NCBI RefSeq assembly: GCF_018350175.1
Contig: NC_058368.1
Coordinates: 50,593,815 to 50,657,814, forward strand
From: Felis catus
Lineage: Eukaryota
Reading direction: 5' to 3'
Length of the DNA stretch: 64,000 bases
Shown here: one piece after another, positions 25,849-38,277 of the stretch
Position numbering within the stretch: the stretch's first letter is position 1
Layout: every line of letters starts with the position of its first letter
Translations under genes and position numbers: made by a program
The notes under the pieces: model-generated
Databases searched by the model: none
The model's input: the letters and a program-made list of their open reading frames with translations, nothing else
What the model was told of the DNA's origin: nothing

Positions 25849-26443
25849 TGTTGCAGGGTTTTCACCTCAGTATCCAGGGTTCTTTGTCTCACTGCTTCAA
25901 AGAATGAAGAGGTGGACACAAAATGAGCAGCAGATGAAAGTTTATTAGATTATAAGATTAGAAAGTAAGAATAGTAGGAAAGCTGTCTTTACAGAGAGGG
26001 GACATTCAAAAGTGAATGCCCAAGAACTATAGACAAGGGTCCTTGTTTTAAAAGGTTCTGGTCACCTCTCCTTCTCCCTCCCCCTCCTTCCTTCTCAGGC
26101 CCTACCCTCATTGACTTGATAGATCTAGGTGCTGGGTTGACCATTCCTGATTGGTTTGTTTCCATTGTATGAGGGGTGATCTATGACCATATCATTCTAG
26201 TGAGTTATACATTTTATGGTCTAGTACTTATTTTTAGTTAGTCTTTTGTCAAATTTCTGAGGGAAACCTGAGGAGGAATAGGTGGGTTCTGTTACATTCT
26301 TAAGAAGAACCTTACACCTGAGGGGGTTTGTCTTGGTCAAACACTCCCAACATTGTTCCCAAATTTGTCTTTCCTCACCCAGGGACCTCAGGTCCTAATC
26401 CTTCCCTCTCTGCCTATTTTATCCTATCTTTTCCTATCTTACA
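25849..26443 (-). mobile_element. Solo ERV LTR (class I-like, family uncertain)
   Basis: TG...CA ends, ~595 bp; AATAAA on the - strand at ~25941; 'ggttctttgtctcactgcttcaaagaatgaag' resembles ERV1 U5 reverse complement; no clean TSD. Confidence 0.6.
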
Positions 26444-26530
26444 TAGGGCCTGGAGTTCTCCTTTTACTGGGTCAAGGGTCAGGGCTTAGTGTTTGGGAGC
26501 TCACTCTTTATTGTTGAATTTAAAGCATAA

Positions 26531-26752
26531 GGGGGGGGGGCAGTGGGTGCCTTGGTCCCTTGGGAATAGGACTTCAGCTGGGCCATGATCTCACGGTTTG
26601 TAGGTTCGAGTGCTGCATTGGGCTCTGTGCTGACAGCTCAGAGCCTGGAACCTTCTTCGGATTCCATGTCTACCTATGTCTTTGCCCTTCCCCACCCACC
26701 TCATGTTCTGTCTCTCCTTCAGAAATAAACATTAAAAAAATTTAAAAAAATT
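26531..26752 (+). mobile_element. Can-SINE with aberrant head (G10 run, A-box degraded)
   Basis: SINE body from gacttcagct onward, A-tail. Confidence 0.88.
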
Positions 26753-26758
26753 AACAAA

Positions 26759-26959
26759 TTTTTTATTTTTGAGAGACAGAAACAGAGCATGAGTGGGGTG
26801 GGGCAGAGAGAGAGAAGGAGACACAGAATCTGAAGCAGGCTGCAGGCTCTGAGCAAGCTGTCAGCACAGAGCCTGATGCAGGGCTCAAACCCACAAACTG
26901 TGAGATCATGACCTGAGCCAAAGTCAGATGCTCAACCGACTGAGCCACCCAGGAGCCCC
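26759..26959 (-). mobile_element. Can-SINE inserted antisense in the tail of the preceding SINE
   Basis: Ends gagccacccaggagcccc; flanked by caaatttt/caaaatttt. Confidence 0.93.
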
Positions 26960-26999
26960 CCCAAAATTTTAAACAAATAAAAAATTAAAACATAAGAGC

Positions 27000-27195
27000 A
27001 GAGGAGTGTCAGTTGAGCATCTGATTATTTCTGCTCAGGTCATGATCCCAGGGTTGTGGGATGGAGTCTTGCACCTGGCTCCACACTGAGCATGGAGCCT
27101 GCTTAACATTCTTTCTCTTTCTCACTGCCCCTCTTCCCATCCTCTCTTTCTCTAAGATCAAAAAATTAAAAAATTTAAAAATTTAAAAAAAAAAT
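27000..27195 (+). mobile_element. Older Can-SINE
   Basis: 'gctcaggtcatgatcccagggttgtgggat' body, A-tail. Confidence 0.85.
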
Positions 27196-27413
27196 AAGAG
27201 TGGGAATTTAAAGCAAGGGAAGAGAAAAGACAAGTAGCCCAAATGGTCAGTTATGAAAATCAACCAAGACCTCTAAAACAAAGGAGCTTCAGTAGGGGGA
27301 TGTGGCCTGGCTCTTTCTCTAGTCCTATGGCCTGCAGTATGTTTATTGAGGTAGCTGTTTTTGAAGTGGATCCCCCTTTGAAATGGATGCCACAGCAGTC
27401 AAAACTTTAGCCA

Positions 27414-27615
27414 GGGGTGCCTGGGTGGCTCAGTGGGTTAAGTGTCTGACTTGGGCTCAGGTCATGATTTTTGTGGTTCGTGAGTTCGAACCCCATGTAG
27501 GGCTCTGCGCTGACAGCTCAGAGCCTGGACCCTGCTTCGGATTCTGTGTCTCCTTCTCTCTGCCCCTCGCCAGCTCACACTCTGTCTCTCTTTCAAAAGT
27601 AAATAAACATTATAA
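27414..27615 (+). mobile_element. Can-SINE (SINEC_Fc)
   Basis: ggggtgcctgggtggctcag head, aataaa tail. Confidence 0.95.
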
Positions 27616-27699
27616 ACAACAACAACTTCAATTAGGCGCTTGCATTACAAAAAAGAAAAGAAAAAACAAATCAGGGCTTCCACTACCATGATTTGCTAA

Positions 27700-27865
27700 A
27701 TTGTAATATTTAATCCTTAGAATAACCCAGGAGGGAGGGGAAGTACTATTATTACTTTTCTTTTGTAGATGAGGAAACAAGACTGCAGGAAGTAATTTGT
27801 TCAAGGACAAATGTGTAGGAAGGAGTAGAGTCAACACCTGAAATCAGATCTTCCAACTCCAGCTT
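27700..27865. mobile_element. MIR fragment
   Basis: 'tttgtagatgaggaaacaagact...aagtaatttgttcaagg'. Confidence 0.65.
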
Positions 27866-28119
27866 CAGTACATTCCCATCTCGTGCCCGCAAGTGAGATA
27901 ATTCTATAAGGGATTACTAAGGGCCCAGATCTTGTTGCACTGTATTGATTTAGTTATGATTCTGTTTTATAGCACTTTTCTCAGTGGTCATAGGGACTTT
28001 TATGATATTTAATTAAACCCCATAGCATTTTAGCTCTACGCCAGTTTACATATGATAAAATTTAATCATGAGGTAAATCTTGGAAAATGAGGTCTTACTC
28101 AAGGAAATCTCTTATTCAA

Positions 28120-28350
28120 CAATAATAACAATGAAGCAGCTGTTTATTGAGTGACTCCTACATGTCCATCTTCACGCTACGTTTTTTGTATGTACTTTAC
28201 CTGGATTATCACATTTAACTTTCAAAAATAGTCTGTGAGGTAAATACTATTATTATGCCTATTTTGTAGGTGTGACACTAGTTTCAAGGATTTAAGTAAT
28301 TGGCGACCCAGCCAGTAACCATTAGAGCTAGGATTCAAATTCAGGCAGCT
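28120..28350. mobile_element. MIR fragment
   Basis: 'tttattgagtgactcctaca...ctgtgaggtaaatactattatt...ggattcaaattcaggcag'. Confidence 0.65.
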
Positions 28351-29671
28351 GAGACCAGTAAGAGAGCCAAAACCAGAGATGGTGCTTTAGCACAGTGCTG
28401 AAAAAACAGAAGAGGGTTCCAATAGCATTACTAAATATTCGTTGATGTGGTGCAGATTCACTGAGCAGAAACATCTTACCTTGATGAAGTTCAGTCTTAG
28501 AAAACCAGGAGTAACCATTTAGGCTATAGGTAGAACTAGAAGACTGGCAAATGGAACTTACCTATTTTGTCGGTTTCATTAGGAAGTAACCCGGATGTAC
28601 AGCTTCCTATGCTAACCTCCAAATTGTGTGTTGGCCCTAAATTTCTTTTCCCATGCTTTCCCTATCGAAGGGGTCTGGGGCTCATTGTATTTTGTGCACT
28701 CTGGATGCTTCCATCACTAATTTACTTTTTGTTTTGGTAAGTGGCTTTCCAACCATCTCCATAGCTACTCCCTTTCTTACTTTTGCCTTCTGCTTTCAAG
28801 GTATCACATCTTTGGCACCTTGGTCTCAGCCATCTTCTTTTTCCCACTTTCCCTCTACATCCTTCAGGACTCAACTTCTCAACTGAGGTTTTTAGCCATC
28901 CTCCACTAAACCTTGAGTTATATACAACTTTCTTAATTCCAAATCTGCAACCATAGTTCATTACCTTTCCCACTTTGTTATTACCTAATCCCCACTATAT
29001 TGGATATCTGGAGTACATCTAAATTTTCTGCTTATTCTTTTTCTTTTAACCCCAAGGCCTATTTTAAACTAATGGCCAAACCCTTGAGTCCAGAGATCTC
29101 ATTTGCATTAGAAGTAAATAAAACAGTAAAATTGCCATCAAGAAATGGGTCCTAAATGTGTAGAACATTAAACAGATAAATTGACCCAATAATTTTGCTT
29201 CCAATTATATGTGTAAAAAACTTAATGCATCCTTTAAATGGTACGCTTTTCTAAATTAAAGTCTAAAAGTCATCAAAATATCTTTTCATGTTTTGTTTTT
29301 GATCATAAAACGCATCTATAAAGTAGATACATAAAATTCTACCATATTATAAAATATCAGAGGGATGAAAGGATAATAGTAAAAGAAATTGGTTATGTAT
29401 CACTGTCAATAAACTCACTGTTAGGCATATAATTTTTACTGAAATAAATGTACTAACAGCAATAGGGAATATACGTAGTATGAAAAGGAATTCTCTGTAA
29501 AATATTTAAGAGTTTAAAATTTGTTGTATTAAACTCACTGTAACCTTGTAACCAGAAAAAGAAGTTGGCATTTTCTTTCACAGCCATGGGAATGGTGATT
29601 CTCAGAAAAAAATCCATAATGGAGAACTTCAAGTAATTAATCATTAAAAAAATTATGAAGACAATTCCTTT

Positions 29672-29892
29672 TTAAAAAAATTTTTAATGTTTTTATTTAT
29701 TTATGAGACAGAGAGAGACAGAACATGAGCAGAGGAGGGGCAGAGAGAGAGAGGGAGACACAGAATGTGAGGCAGGTTCCAGGCTCTGAGCTGTCAGCAC
29801 AGAGCCCGATGCGGGACTCAAACTCACGGACTGTGAGATCATGACCTGAGCTGAAGTCGGATGCTTCACCGACTGAGCCACCCAGGTGCCCC
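29672..29892 (-). mobile_element. Can-SINE (SINEC_Fc)
   Basis: TSD tgaagacaattc. Confidence 0.96.
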
Positions 29893-30326
29893 TGAAGACA
29901 ATTCTTTCTGAAGTAAAACACCTGAAAAAAAAAGTGTTAGTCTTTGGCAACCACAAAGAGCAGTAATTCCTGGTTTAAGAGCAAAGCAGAAACAGGAGGG
30001 AATTTTTGTTTGGTTTCTTTCATGTGAAACTGAACATAAAGTATAATCGCTATGAGCATCACCAAAAGGAAGAGGAACAGATACTAAGTGGCAAAAGCAT
30101 TATTTCCACATCAATAAAGCAGGGAATTTTGAGTGATAAAATAAGAGAAGTATGTGGATATGTATGTGGGATATGCAGGACAGCAAAGGACGATGGTGCT
30201 TCCTTTGATAAGAATACTCTAGAATCATATAATAGGCAGCTTTCTAGCCTTGAGGTCCCAAAAGACCTCCATACTGAGAAGCAACAAGCAGGGTATTGCC
30301 CTGTATATGTAGTAGAAGGAAAACTA

Positions 30327-30348
30327 TGACGTGGCCCATTGCACGTCA
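30327..30348. promoter_or_regulatory. Inverted pair of TGACGTG bZIP sites (UPRE/ERSE-II/HRE-like)
   Basis: TGACGTG-gcccattg-CACGTCA; motif match only. Confidence 0.3.
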
Positions 30349-31931
30349 ACTCAGTTTCCTGTCACTTGCAAAACAGTTACCTCCATCTACTTGCTTTCCA
30401 CCCCAAATCCCAAATGGATTCTCCATTTCACTAGGAAATCTGAAAATTACTTGTATTGAGGAGGGAGTGGAAAGTTCAGGGAGAATTAGCTACTAAACTT
30501 AGAGAATGTTTTGAAGCATAGACAAGAGGATCTCCTCATGGGACAGGGAGTCTAGAAATTCAGACTAGATCCATTGAGGACTACCCCATCCCCTTGCCGG
30601 ATGCACCTGTGGTACCAGGGAGGAGGTAATGGGGCACACACAGCTGCGTGAATGAGTGGAGAGGCAGGGAGACAATGTACCAGTATGGTAAAGTATGCCC
30701 TGGCCATTTCGTCAAATCACATTTGCAAGTGCCATAACCTCTCCTCTCTTGAATCTGTTGGAAGAAAAAGAAATACCATACCCTCTTCCCCCCAAATGAA
30801 ATTGAGAGAATGATTGATAATGTGTTTTTCATGCTTGCAACTCAATTCTGAGAAAGTTTCCATATAAATAGAATTTATGATTATTATAATACTGGTTGCC
30901 CAGGTTTCTTAATAAAGTTCGGAAGTTCTGCTAGGAGCAAAACTGGGGTAAGGCAGTTATGAAAAGCATTGTGAATACTTCAGACTACCCATGGAGCAGG
31001 CTTTGGGAAATATTTTTATTTCCTCCTGTACTTTATTCATTTCCTTGACACTAAAATGAACTTTAAAAATGACAGCATTTGTTGTCTGCCCATGAAAAGA
31101 CCAGACCTCAGATAATCTGTGAGACTTTTTGCTAAAATGAGATTTTGTTTGAAAACGTCTTCCTAAATGTAAAAAAAAAAAAAAAAAATCCCCTGAAAAG
31201 GTAAAAACCATAGTGAGGGACATCCTGGTGGCTAAAATTAGACCTGTTCCTATTAGCAAAGGCCAGGGCTCACAATGGGGAAATGTGGAGGCACCTTTGT
31301 TGAGAACATCTGAACCTTTTCATCATTGCTGGATTCCTAGGGAGCGACAGGCATTATATATCCTGCTTTCAATTATACTTTCTCATCTTCTGTGCTATCT
31401 TAATTTGATAGTTGGTAAGGCCATGAGAAAAAAACACTAACTGAGGTTTCTCTTTTAAGTATATCCTTCTAATGGGATTTTGAGATGAAAAATATAAATC
31501 CTGGTAATATTTTCTGTTAGTGTTTTTGTTTTTTTTTCTCTATCACAGCTAGAAATAAAAGTTTGGTGTTTCCCTCAGCCATTTTCTCTCACAAAACTGA
31601 AAATCTGAGGAAAATAATTTCTATGCTTTCTCATCTTCTCAAGGTTCAGGAAGCTGCAAAATCAGGAAAAAAGAGATTTTAGAATTAAACCACTTACGTA
31701 TATAAAAAAAGAATCACTTTTAAAAAAAGTAATCCTTTTTTTTAGTAGAGTATCCAGACAGGGCTGAATAAAACCAATTTCTAACTTTCCCTCGATTTTT
31801 CCATGTCTTCAAAATAGAGAAAAATAAATAAAAATAACAGAAATGGCGTCACATGAAAACAAAGTTGGTAAAATGAACACAGTGGCCTTTAATGAAAGGC
31901 TTTCCAGCTTTCTCCTTAAAGATGTGGAAGT

Positions 31932-32235
31932 CTTTTTTTCCCCAGCTTTATGAAGGTCTGATCGATAAATACAAATTGTATGTATTTAAGGTATACAATG
32001 TGATGATTTGGTATACATATACATTGTGAAGTGATTACCACACTCAAGCTAATTAACATATCCATCACCTCACGTAGTTACCAGTTTTTGATATCCGTTT
32101 GTGGTGAGAACACCTGAGATCTACTCTCTTACCAAGTTTCAAGTGTCTGCAGTCACCATGCTGTACATCAGGCCTCGAGAAATTGCACATAATTGAAAGT
32201 TTACCCCTTGATCAATATCCCCCCATTTTCCCCAG
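31932..32235 (-). mobile_element. L1MA-type 3' end fragment
   Basis: 'tatttaaggtatacaatgtgatgatttg...caagctaattaacatatccatcacctca'. Confidence 0.85.
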
Positions 32236-33144
32236 GTGTGGTAGTGTTTCATGGGAAATAATTTTTGTCATACTATAGTAAGAAGAGAAAAAATAAGCAT
32301 ACCTGTAGCATATTTCTAAAAGCAGAAAATATCTCCAGGGAAGCAATCAATCTGCAGCCCTGCTGTGGGAGGAAAGCCAATGGTATTTATTTCATCAAGG
32401 CATCTTTATGAAGATGGAGAAATTCAGTTTGTGAATCATGGCAGCCTTTCCCAAATAATGAGAGTATTCTGTGAGGCTCTGAGTTACCCAGAGAGGGTTG
32501 CTAATCAAACATCTATTCCATTTGCAAATTCTAAATTGGAAATTTTAATAAGATTCAACCACCTGAATTGCTTTTCTTGGCAGTGTTTTCTTTTTTTGGA
32601 ACCTAGGAATTGTGATTGCTACCATAGCCTCTTTACCGTAATAAAATCAGCCTTCGTTTGATTAACCCTGTGATAATCATATTAAATACTTTAATTTTAG
32701 TTTTATTTTAGTTATTTTATAGATGTCGACTTGGAAAATGTTTAGCAAAAGAGTGTATTTTGTTTTTTTAAGTGGCAGACCCCTGTCCCTTTCTGCTTCT
32801 GTTCTCTAACAAAAGGAACAAGAAACAGAAGCCAAACTAATAAATTGGAGATACTGGTAACCAGAACTACATTATATGTAGAAAGACTGTCAAATGCAGT
32901 GAAGGTCAGATAGAGATGAGGGAAGATGCTGAGAAAGCATGCCTAAAGCTAGAATTTCAAGCAATGGGACAGAACATAGTTCTGCAAAGTAGGTTTTATG
33001 AATTTAACCAAGTGAGCAGAGTTAATCCCAACAATAATGGCAAAAATGGACATCGTGGGCCTCTTGAGAAAAGCACACCACTATTCCTGCTCTCCCTTCC
33101 AAAAATCGCAGCCTGAAATTAATCATGAGGAAATAACCATACAG

Positions 33145-33227
33145 TGTAGACTGAGAGTATTATGGGCATCCAACAGAAATAACATGGACACTCACCCAGA
33201 ATTTGGTACCCATACTGAGATTGATAA

Positions 33228-33322
<95 letters not shown>

Positions 33323-33626
33323 AATGGTATGGAAAGGTTTATTACTCACATAATGAACTTTCTGGGTAAAGTGGGTGGCTCCCAAGCACATCCGAAAATA
33401 GAAAGGAACAAGAGACTGGCTTGGGGTTTTTATTGTGATTAGGAGTGTGGCAGAGGCAGGGTTCCTGCATAAGGGTAGGAGTTTACATTGTGTAAACCTC
33501 CAAATGCACCCAAAAATGGACTATCTGGGTTTTCTTATCAGCTGCCTACATATGGGACAGAAGGGGGAGAAGAGAGACTTAAAAGTTGTTAACAAAAATG
33601 AAAAAAAATTGTAAGACTCTGTTGCA
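33145..33626 (-). mobile_element. MER74-like ERVL solo LTR
   Basis: TG...CA ends; 'ggtatggaaaggtttattactcacataatga...agactggcttggggtttttattgtg'. Confidence 0.7.
33227..33321. repeat. Compound (CT)n(CA)n microsatellite
   Basis: Perfect runs. Confidence 0.98.
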
Positions 33627-34744
33627 AAGGGATGCTTTGCAAAAGAATTGGCTTAAGCTCTTATAAAATGTCAATATAAAGTGTAAAAGCATACAGAACT
33701 GTTCCCCATTACAGAACATTAAAAAGACATGACAACTAAATTCAATGTGTGATCTTGGATTGGAACCTGAACTAGAAAATAATGCTGTAAAATGCATTAT
33801 TATGGCAATTGGTGAATTTTGAATATAAATGATATATTGTAGTTACCTGGTAGCAAAGTCAAATTTCTTCAATTATACTGTGATTTTCTAAAGTATGTTT
33901 TTGTTTTAGGATATACATAAAGTATTTATGGGTAAAGAATCATGAAGTCTGCAACTGATTCAGTAAATAATATTTATATACATAATTACAGGTATGTGTA
34001 TACTTACACAGATAGAGAAAGCAAATGTATCAAATGTCATCAAATAATGAACGTTGTTAAGAAGTGTATATATACAAGTTTACCTTCTTGCAAATTTTCT
34101 GTAGTTTCAAATTTTTCCAAAATAAAAAAGATGAAATAAAGGTAGGGTGAAATCTTTTCACAGGAAATACAAAATGGGATTCACAGACTGACAGAAGGAA
34201 GTTTGTTGAGTCTTTTGAGTCACAAAGGAGAATATGAAGGGATCAGATGAATAAGGACACACACAGAGACTACTTTTGAAAGGTGAGAAGAGAGAATACT
34301 TTCAGAGCTACTACTTTTTGTTCAATGTAGACAAGAAAAAAAACTCATACGCTCACACACACCCTGGATCATATCAAAGAACTTCACTTCATACCAGGAA
34401 GAAAATCTACTAACCCAGATAATTTTCTTGCCCAATTTGAACATAATCTTGTGCCAACAGTAAGTTCACTTCATGTGATCACCATAGAGAAACCGACACT
34501 TTTTAGCCATGCAAATACACAATAACCAGTGTTTTTGAAGAGTCTCAGAGCTGTGGATGCAAATCTGAGCCTTCAGTCACTGTCTTCTTCAATCACTGCC
34601 TTCAGCTTTGCTGTGTCAAATTCCCTTTCCGGTTCCTTAAGGACACCTTGGGGAGATTCCATAAATTTTCAGTTATATTTAGCTATTAACACTTGAATCC
34701 CTTCTTACTATTTCAACCAGACATTCAAATTAAAATTCTCCTGC

Positions 34745-36608
34745 TTGTCAACACTTGTTCCTTCTTGTCTTCTTGATTTTAGCCATTCTGACAGGTGTTA
34801 AGGTTATAACTCATTGTGGTTTTGATTTGCATTTCCCTGACAGTTAGTAATGTGTAGCATCTTTTCATGTGTCTATTGGCCACCTAAATGTCTTCTTTGG
34901 AGAAATGTCTATTCAGGTCTTCTGCCCTTTGTTTAATTGGATTGTTTGTTTGTTGGTGTTGGACTGTTTAAAATATTGATACGTTTTGGATATGAACTCC
35001 TTATTGGATATACTATCTGCAAATATCTTCTCCCATTCAGTAGGCTGCAGTTTATTTCATTGATGGTTTCCTTTGCTGTGTAGACACTTTTTATTTTGAT
35101 GTAGTTCCAACCATTTATTTTTGCTTTTGCTTCCCTTGCCTCAGGAGACATATCTAGAAAAATGTCGCTACAGCCAATGTCAGAGAAATTACTGCCTATG
35201 TTCTCTCCTCGATTTTTATGGTTTCAAATCTCACATTTAGGTATTTAATTCACTTTGAGTTTGTTTTTGTGTATGGTATAAGAAAGTCTTCCAGTTTCAT
35301 TCCTTTGCATGTAGTTATTAAACTTTCCTGGGACACCTGGGTGGCTCAGTCAGTTAGGCGTCTGACTTGAGCTTAGGTCATGATCTCATAGTTTGTGAGT
35401 TCAAGCGCTGCATTGGGCTCTGTGCTGATAGCCCAGAGCCTGGAGTCTGCTTCAGATTCTGTGTCTCCTCCTGTCTCTACCCCTCCCATGCTAATGCTCT
35501 CTCTCTCTCCCTCTGTCTCTCAATAATAAATAAATGCTAAAAAAAAAAAAAAAAAACATTAAAAAAACTTTCTTGGAACCATTTACTGAAGAGATTATCT
35601 TCTCTTCATTGTAAATTCTTGCTTCCTTTGTCATAAATTAATTAACCATATAAGCATGGGTTTATTTCTGAGCTCTCTGTTCCGTTTGGCGTGTCTATTT
35701 TTGTGCCAGTACCATACTATTTTGATTACTGTAGCTTTGTGGTATATCTGGGAATCTGGGAGTTGCAATAACCCAGCTTTGTTTTTTTCAAGACTACTTT
35801 GGCTATTCAGGGACTTTGTGGTTCCATACAAATTTTAGGATTATTTGTTCTAGTTCTGTGAAAATTACTACTGGTATTTTGATAGCAATTGCATCAAATC
35901 TATGGATTGCTTTTAGTATGGACATTTTAACAATATTAAGTTTTCTAATCCATGTGCATGGAATGTCTTTCCATTTATTTGTATCATCTTCCATGTTTTT
36001 CAGCAATGTTTTAGTTTTCAGAGCACAGATATTTCACCTCTTTGGTTAAGTTTATTCCTAGGTATTGTATTCTTTTGGTGCAATTGTAAATGGAATTATT
36101 TTCTTAATTTCTCTTTCCACTACTTCATTATTAGTGTATAGAAATGCTACCAATTTCTGAGTATTAATGTTGCATCTTTCAACATTACTGAATTCATTTA
36201 TTACTTCTAATAAATAAGTTTTTTGTAGAGTCTTTAGGGTTTTCTATGTTATGTATCATGTCATCTGCAAATAGTGATAGTTTAACTTCTTTACCAATGT
36301 GGATGCCTCTTATTTCTTTTTCTTGTCTGATTGCTGTGGCTAGGATTTATAGTACCATGTTGAATAAGGGTGACAAGAGTAGAATCCATGTCTTATTCCT
36401 AATCTTAGAGGGAAAGCTCTCAGGTCTTCACTATTGACTATGATGTTAGCTGTGGGTTTTTCACATATGGTCTTTATGATGTTAGGCATGTTCATGTAAA
36501 CCCACTTTGTTGAGAGTTTTTATCATGAGTGGATGTTGAATTTTGTCAAAAGTTTTTTCTCCATCTATTGAGATGATCATATGATTTTTGTCTGTCATTT
36601 TGTTCATG
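34745..36608 (-). mobile_element. Inverted 5' segment of a twin-primed carnivore-type L1 (ORF2)
   Basis: Minus-strand ORF2 fragments '[26 protein letters not shown]', 'MSPEAREAKAKINGWNYIKIKS'. Confidence 0.92.
35330..35565 (+). mobile_element. Can-SINE inserted in L1
   Basis: TSD aaactttc. Confidence 0.95.
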
Positions 36609-37370
36609 TGAATTGGTACAGCCATTGTGGAAAACTGTATGGAGGCTCCTCAAAAATTAAAAATTCCACTACTGGGTATTTCCCCAAAGAAAATGAAAAC
36701 ATTAATTCAAAAAGATATATGCACCTCTATGTGTACTGCAGTGTTATTTACAATAGCCAAGATATGGAAGCAACCTAAATGCCATCAGTAGACTAATGGA
36801 TGAGAAAGATGTGGTATATACACACAGTGAAATATTATACAGCCATAAAATGGATGACATCTCATCATTTACAACAACATGGATGGACCTAGAGAGTAAA
36901 AGGCAGACTAAGAAAGACAAATACCATATGATTTCACTCATATGTGGAATCTAAAACCAAAGTAAATGAGTAAACAAAAAGCAGAATCAGGCCTATAAAT
37001 ACAGGGAACAAGCTGATGGTTGCCAAAAAGAAGGGAAGTGCGGGAGGGGCAAAATGGGTCAAGAGAAGTGGGGGATAAAGGTTCCCAGTTATGTAATGAA
37101 CAATTCAGGAGAATAAAAGACACAGCATAGGGAATATAGTCAATGATACTGTAATTGTTTTGTATGGTGACTGATAGTAGCTACACTTGTGGTGAGCATA
37201 GCATAACGTGTAGAGAAGTTGAATCACTATGTTGTACACATGAAACTAATGTAACATGGTGTGTCAACTACACTCAAATTAAAAAAAAATAAAAGTAAAA
37301 AAGTATTATCTAATAAAGCATCAAAAAATACAACAAAACAAACTAAAAAAAAAAAAAAGAAAGAAACAAA
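36609..37370 (+). mobile_element. Forward 3' segment (ORF2 end, 3'UTR, A-rich tail) of the twin-primed L1
   Basis: 'gtgaattggtacagccattgtggaaaac...gtgtcaactacactcaaattaaaaaaaa'. Confidence 0.92.
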
Positions 37371-37573
37371 GCTCTCCTTCCCTTCTATCCAAAGTAGACC
37401 AGACTTCAAATGGAGGAACCTGAAGTGAGGAGGGTAAGGAAAAAAGACACTCTTCCACTTCTCCTCTCTCTCTTTCCTAGATCTAACTAATCCAGCACTA
37501 AGGGTAGAAAGAAGGGAAAAGGGGAAAAAGCACTTGCCATTTATTCATTGGGAGACAGAGGTAATCCTCACTA

Positions 37574-37583
37574 TGTGTGTGCA

Positions 37584-37629
<46 letters not shown>
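37574..37629. repeat. (TG)n microsatellite
   Basis: TG run. Confidence 0.97.
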
Positions 37630-37630
<1 letters not shown>

Positions 37631-38277
37631 TGAGTCATTTCTGGCTAATACTGAGTGGTTATAGGTATCTTTGAGGTCTCAGGAGTCTATATGCTAGCTC
37701 ATACATAAGCTCAAATCTGACTTTGGTTCAACTTCTACCACATCCTTTCGATAACATGGTATACTGAGCAGCTGTTGCTATTGGGTCGCCCTCAACCCAA
37801 AGACAGCTATCTTAGAGGGGTGATACTAGGCAAACACTGAAACCCAGCTACCTTCCAAGTACCCTGAACACACTGGACATCTTGCCTTCTTGTCACATCT
37901 AGTAGAGCAGCCTACTCTCCCATGAATCCCTCTTTCTACTCCACCGTCTTCCTCTGCTGCCTAAGCAAGTGGCCAACTAGGAAGGACAATGTCAATCTTC
38001 CCTATCACGTGATTCTCTGCTAGCATTGCCTAAAACGTGGCTTTAAATTGGGTTAGGAAATAGCTTCCCACCACCAGCATAAGCTGGTGACTCTTTATGG
38101 TGATTTTTTTTTCCTTCTCTCTGGTCAGATAGAAAATGGCATGAACTGTGTATAACAAAAATTGTGAAAGAAAGGGGAAAATAATGTAGATGACAGTGTT
38201 AAGTATTGTGTCTTTCATGTAAAGAACCAGGGAATAAGAGAAAAGATTTCAAGTTATTAATCAAGAATAGAGATGTT

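Larger units (their letters stand above)
33050..34140 (+). mobile_element. Old L1 (L1MC/ME-type) 3' region interrupted by an LTR
   Basis: 'aatcatgaggaaa' ... 'aagacatgacaactaaattcaatgtgtgatcttggattgga' ... 'caaattttctgtagtttcaaatttttccaaaataaaaa'. Confidence 0.7.

Noticed and set aside
30006..30329. 107-aa ORF in unique DNA
   Set aside because: TTG start, no recognisable domain and no convincing flanking splice sites.
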